From positions 11,780,001-11,844,000 of the forward strand of contig NC_058369.1 in assembly GCF_018350175.1 (NCBI RefSeq): DNA of 64,000 nt. The letters run 5' to 3'. The position numbers and the translations under genes are program-made. Of the stretch, positions 59,949 to 64,000 are shown piece by piece (within the stretch, counting starts at the first letter, position 1; each line of letters begins with the position of its first letter). The stretch is from Felis catus. Lineage: Eukaryota. Under the pieces are notes generated by a model. It did not search any database. It was not told the origin of the DNA and saw nothing but the letters and a program-made list of their open reading frames with translations.

Positions 59949-60404
59949 GGGTGCTGCATCTGGTGAGATCAGAAAGGGAATGAAGGTGTGTACTTTATCC
60001 CATGAATAACAAAGATGATTCAGTGTCAGAAAACCTATCATGTGATCAGTCACAGGAATAAACTAAAATAAATATCATATAATTATATCAATTCAGGCAG
60101 CAATCCTGGATTGCTAAAGTTTGATTACTGTTTATGATTTTAAAAATTAATACATAATTATCAAAAATATTGTATTATTTTAGATATACAGTATATCTGT
60201 ATACTGTATATACTGTATATACAGTATTATTTTAGATATACAGTATATCTGTATATCTGTGTACATATTGATATATGTACACATCTTAAAGATTTTTTAG
60301 AAGTTTCTTCTAAATATGAAATCAACTGGACTTTTCTTAGATAACTAAGAATATACACTAGAAAACTAGCAAGAAGTGGGAGAAAATAGATGCACTATTT
60401 TAAA

Positions 60405-60619
60405 TCTTTTTTTTCAATGTTTTTATTTATTTTTGGGACAGAGAGAGACAGAGCATGAACGGGGGAGGGGCAGAGAGAGAGGGAGACACAGAATCGGAAA
60501 CAGGCTCCAGGCTCTGAGCCATCAGCCCAGAGCCCGACGCGGGGCTCGAACTCACGGACCGCGAGATCGTGACCTGGCTGAAGTCGGACGCTTAACCGAC
60601 TGCGCCACCCAGGCGCCCC
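60405..60619 (-). mobile_element. Very young felid SINE
   Basis: CpGs intact; 15-bp TSD tagatgcactatttt. Confidence 0.96.
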
Positions 60620-61119
60620 TAGATGCACTATTTTAGCATCAGAAACAAGCCAAGGTTACTCACTGTCTCTGCTGTTCATTAGCAGGGAAATGAAAGCCAG
60701 GAGCGGTGCTTGAGGAATGATAAAGAAAGAAGGAATATCAGGATTGGACGGAAAGACACGTGATCATCTACCTAGAAAGGTGCAAGAATGAAGGCAGAAA
60801 ATCTTTGAGCAAAGACAGAACACATGCTGTGGAAGACAGATCAACTTCCCAAACTCATAGTGTTTCCCATAGAATTGCACCCATAATAATCACACACCAG
60901 ATAGAATTTAAGGAAAAAGTAAGACAACATTGTCAATAGTGACACAAACTATAAGGAGACAGCTCTCAAACAGTTTGGTCTCAAGATTTCTTTATGAAAA
61001 AAAAAAAAAAATCCGTGAGCCCCCTAGAGGGCTTTTGTTTGAGTGAGTTAGAAGTCTCCATTCTTCCCATATTAGTAATTAAAACTGAGATTCTTTGAAC
61101 ATATTTAGTTCTAACACAT

Positions 61120-61640
61120 TTTTAAAGTTTACTTATTATTTTGAGAGAGACAGAGACAGTGTGAGTTGGGGAGGGACAGAGAGAGAGAGGGAGAGAAAGA
61201 GAATCCCAAGTAGGCTCTGTACACTGTCAGTGCAAGGCCCTCGAGGGGTTAGACCTCATGAAGTGGGAGATCATGACCTGAACCGAAACCAAGAGTTGGA
61301 TGCTTAACTGATTGAGCCACCCAGGAGCTCAAAGTTCTTGACACATTTAAAGAATAATAATCAACCTTTGGTTCAAACTAAGGAAAGTAACCGTATTTTA
61401 AAAACCCATTTAATGATGGAGCACCTGGGTGGCTCAGTCAGTTAAGTGTCTGGCTTCAGCTCAGGTCATTATCTCACGGTTCGTGAGTTCGAGTCCTGCA
61501 TCGGGCTCTGTGCTGACAGCTCAGAGCCTGGAGCCTGCTTCAGATTCTGTGTCTCCTCCTCTCTCTTTGCCCCTCCCCTGCTTGTGCTCTGGCTCTCTCT
61601 CTCTCTCTCTCTCAAAAATGAATAAAGATAAAAAAAAAAA
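61120..61640. mobile_element. Two Can-SINEs (about 61120-61330 minus, 61418-61640 plus)
   Basis: SINEC bodies. Confidence 0.85.
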
Positions 61641-61989
61641 CACCTTATTTAATGAGACGTGTGGCTTTGTTTTAAATTTTAGCAAATTTGTCCAGTGCTG
61701 GCTAGATGGCATAGAAGATGATGCGGTATCCTCATCATTCAGCCTGTGGCAATATGTTCTTAATTTGAAGCATATGATGAAAATATATCCTCACTTTCAC
61801 TGGAAGAGTGAGGACTTGGTGGTCCCCCGGGATGGGTCTCTGGGACCCCAGGGCCCTCATATCATACTTCGAAAACCTCTGTTATGAAATATCTAGGAAT
61901 TAATCACACAATGCAGTACTTCCAAGGACAGAAACTGTAACTACTGAGATATCTATATATGGCTATATAAGATTATACACATATATAAT

Positions 61990-62410
61990 ATATACAACGG
62001 AATATTACTCAACCATAAAAAAGGCTGAAATCTTTCCATCTCCAACATGGATGGACCTAGAGGGTATTATACGAAGTGAATAAGCCAGTCAGAGAAAAAC
62101 AAATAGCATATGATTTCACTCATACGTGGAATTTAAGAAACAAAAAAAATTGCGAAGTGGAAGAGGGAGAGAGACAGAGAGAGAGAGGCAAACCAAGGAA
62201 GAGACTCTTAACTATAGACAACCAACTGATGGTGAACAGAGGACATGGAGTGGGGGGCTGGGTGAATTAGGTGATGGGGATGAAGGAGTGCACTTGCTGT
62301 GATGAGCACCGGGTGATGTACAGAAGTGCTGAATCACTGTATTGTACACCTGAAACTAATATTACATGTATGTTAACTTAATGGGAATTTAAATAAAAAC
62401 TTCAAAAAAA
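61990..62410 (+). mobile_element. Carnivore L1 3' end
   Basis: ggaatattactcaaccataaaaaagg...atggatggacctagagggtattat...gtacacctgaaactaatat...aataaaaac. Confidence 0.88.
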
Positions 62411-64000
62411 GATGAAATGTATGTATGCATTCTATATAAATAAATAAATAAATTACACACACACACACAAAGGAGTATTTGAATTTCATCAGCATATCTT
62501 CTATGAGTGCTGACGCCATTCTCATTAAATATATTTTAACTATTGGAAAAAGAAACAGACATGAAAACTTCCACAAAGGTTTTGTTCAAGAAAGGATATC
62601 CAAGATACATGAACAGGCAGATGGAAAATTGGGAAAAGAGCCTTTGCATTTTCCAAAATTGATGAGGGAATACTGTCTAGAGTAAATAAGAAACCAGCAC
62701 ATTAAGAAGTAGAGACTCCATACAGAAACGAGTCCAGGACATGAGCAGAGAACCCACAGAAGGGGTTACACAGGCAAGTGAACAGATGGTTTCAAGACAA
62801 GGAAAGGGAAGGGGAAAACGACCCTGAGATTTCCCTGTACACCTATTCATTTCCCCAGATTAGGAAGTGCCCGGTGCCCACAGCTATACGGGGAGGGATC
62901 AATCCCGCGGCCTGCGGGTGAGAACCGAGAATGGAGAAGTGCAACCTTCACGTGCACCTGAACCTCTATCTCGATGGCGCACACCTACCTGGACGGAGCC
63001 TGTGGGATGAAGCCCCGCTTGTAGTGCGGGAATGGACAAGCCTGCTTGGGAACCGTAACTGGGAAGGGGGCAGGTCCCACGGGCCAGATGCAAACCCTGG
63101 AGCCCCAGCCAGGAGTTCCATGCACACACAGCAGCATAAATGAAGCCGTAAAATGACACCGAGTGAATGAGGCAAAAGGCAGCTCAACTCTCCAGCATAA
63201 TTGCATTTGGGCGCATTAAAAACAGAGCACCTGACACTATTCTGTGGGATGCTGGAACGCTGTATACATGCCACTATCCACTGCTCCAAACCCACAGGCT
63301 GCAACACAGACAGTGAGCCCTAGTGTAAATGTGGGCGGAGTTACTATAACGTGTCCTGATTGGTTCACCAGTGGAACAAACGCCCCACACTACTACCAGA
63401 TTGTACAACGTTTAGCAGCATCCCTGGCCTCAGCCCTCCAGATCCCGGTAGCATCCCTCCCTCCCCATGAGCTGTGACAACAAAAGGGCCTCCGGGCATG
63501 TGCAAATATTTCAGGGGGACAGGATCAGTCCCAATCAACAATAGTGACCTAAAAGCTGCAAAGGTCACTAGGCTGAGTGAGGAACCCAGGACCCAGCAGG
63601 GGCAACCCGAGAAAAGTCCCACCAGCTCCCAAGGCTAAGAGCCTGTCTTACCACCTTTCTCCCCAGTCCTGTTCCCACCCCCAACCGGGGCTTGCTCCCC
63701 ACAACTGCCTAAATATTGCCACCTACCCTGTCCCTGCTGGTCCCTCTCGTGCTAGGCTGCCTCTTCCAGGAAGCAGCCAGCAGGGGAGGACAGAAGACGC
63801 TCTCTTGGGTTATTCTGTCAGCAGCACACAGGGGCAGGTGTGGGGCCAGACCTCTGGGCTCCTGGAACTGATGTGTGTGCTTTATCCCTGCTGCAGCTTC
63901 CCAGCAGGCTGATCCCCAGGGCCTCCTCAGGGTCTGGAGTGGCCAAGAGGATCATCAGAGGATCTCTGGGGATGTGCAGCCCCTACTCCTTCCTCCAACT

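Noticed and set aside
1-64000. tRNA genes, rRNA, CRISPR arrays
   Set aside because: tRNA-like sequence occurs only as SINE heads; no rRNA or repeat-spacer arrays were seen in this eukaryotic DNA

Overview
Mammalian genomic DNA from a felid (cat-type tRNA-derived Can-SINEs, several very young with perfect target-site duplications). The window is repeat-rich (about 36 SINEs, L1/L2/MIR, MER20/MER5A/MER58 DNA transposons, MaLR and ERV1 LTRs) and has three N gaps. The main result, which the ORF track misses, is an intact 7-exon type II C-type lectin gene on + (ATG 8234 to TGA 12364, 224 aa, all introns GT-AG and phase-compatible). It resembles CLEC4G/LSECtin but has a short neck and a CTLD without the EPN and WND Ca2+/sugar motifs. 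Also present: a family-1 olfactory receptor with one in-frame TGA (17951-18886, +) and three OR10H-subfamily receptors. Two of these are intact, convergent and about 97.6% identical over about 840 nt (35737-36684 +, 47912-48871 -). The third has GTG at the usual start codon (58998-59948 -). The gene set matches my recollection of the human 19p13.12 OR10H/OR1AB1P/CLEC4O region, which needs database confirmation. Comparisons to human proteins are from memory; no searches were run, and repeat family names and boundaries are approximate.
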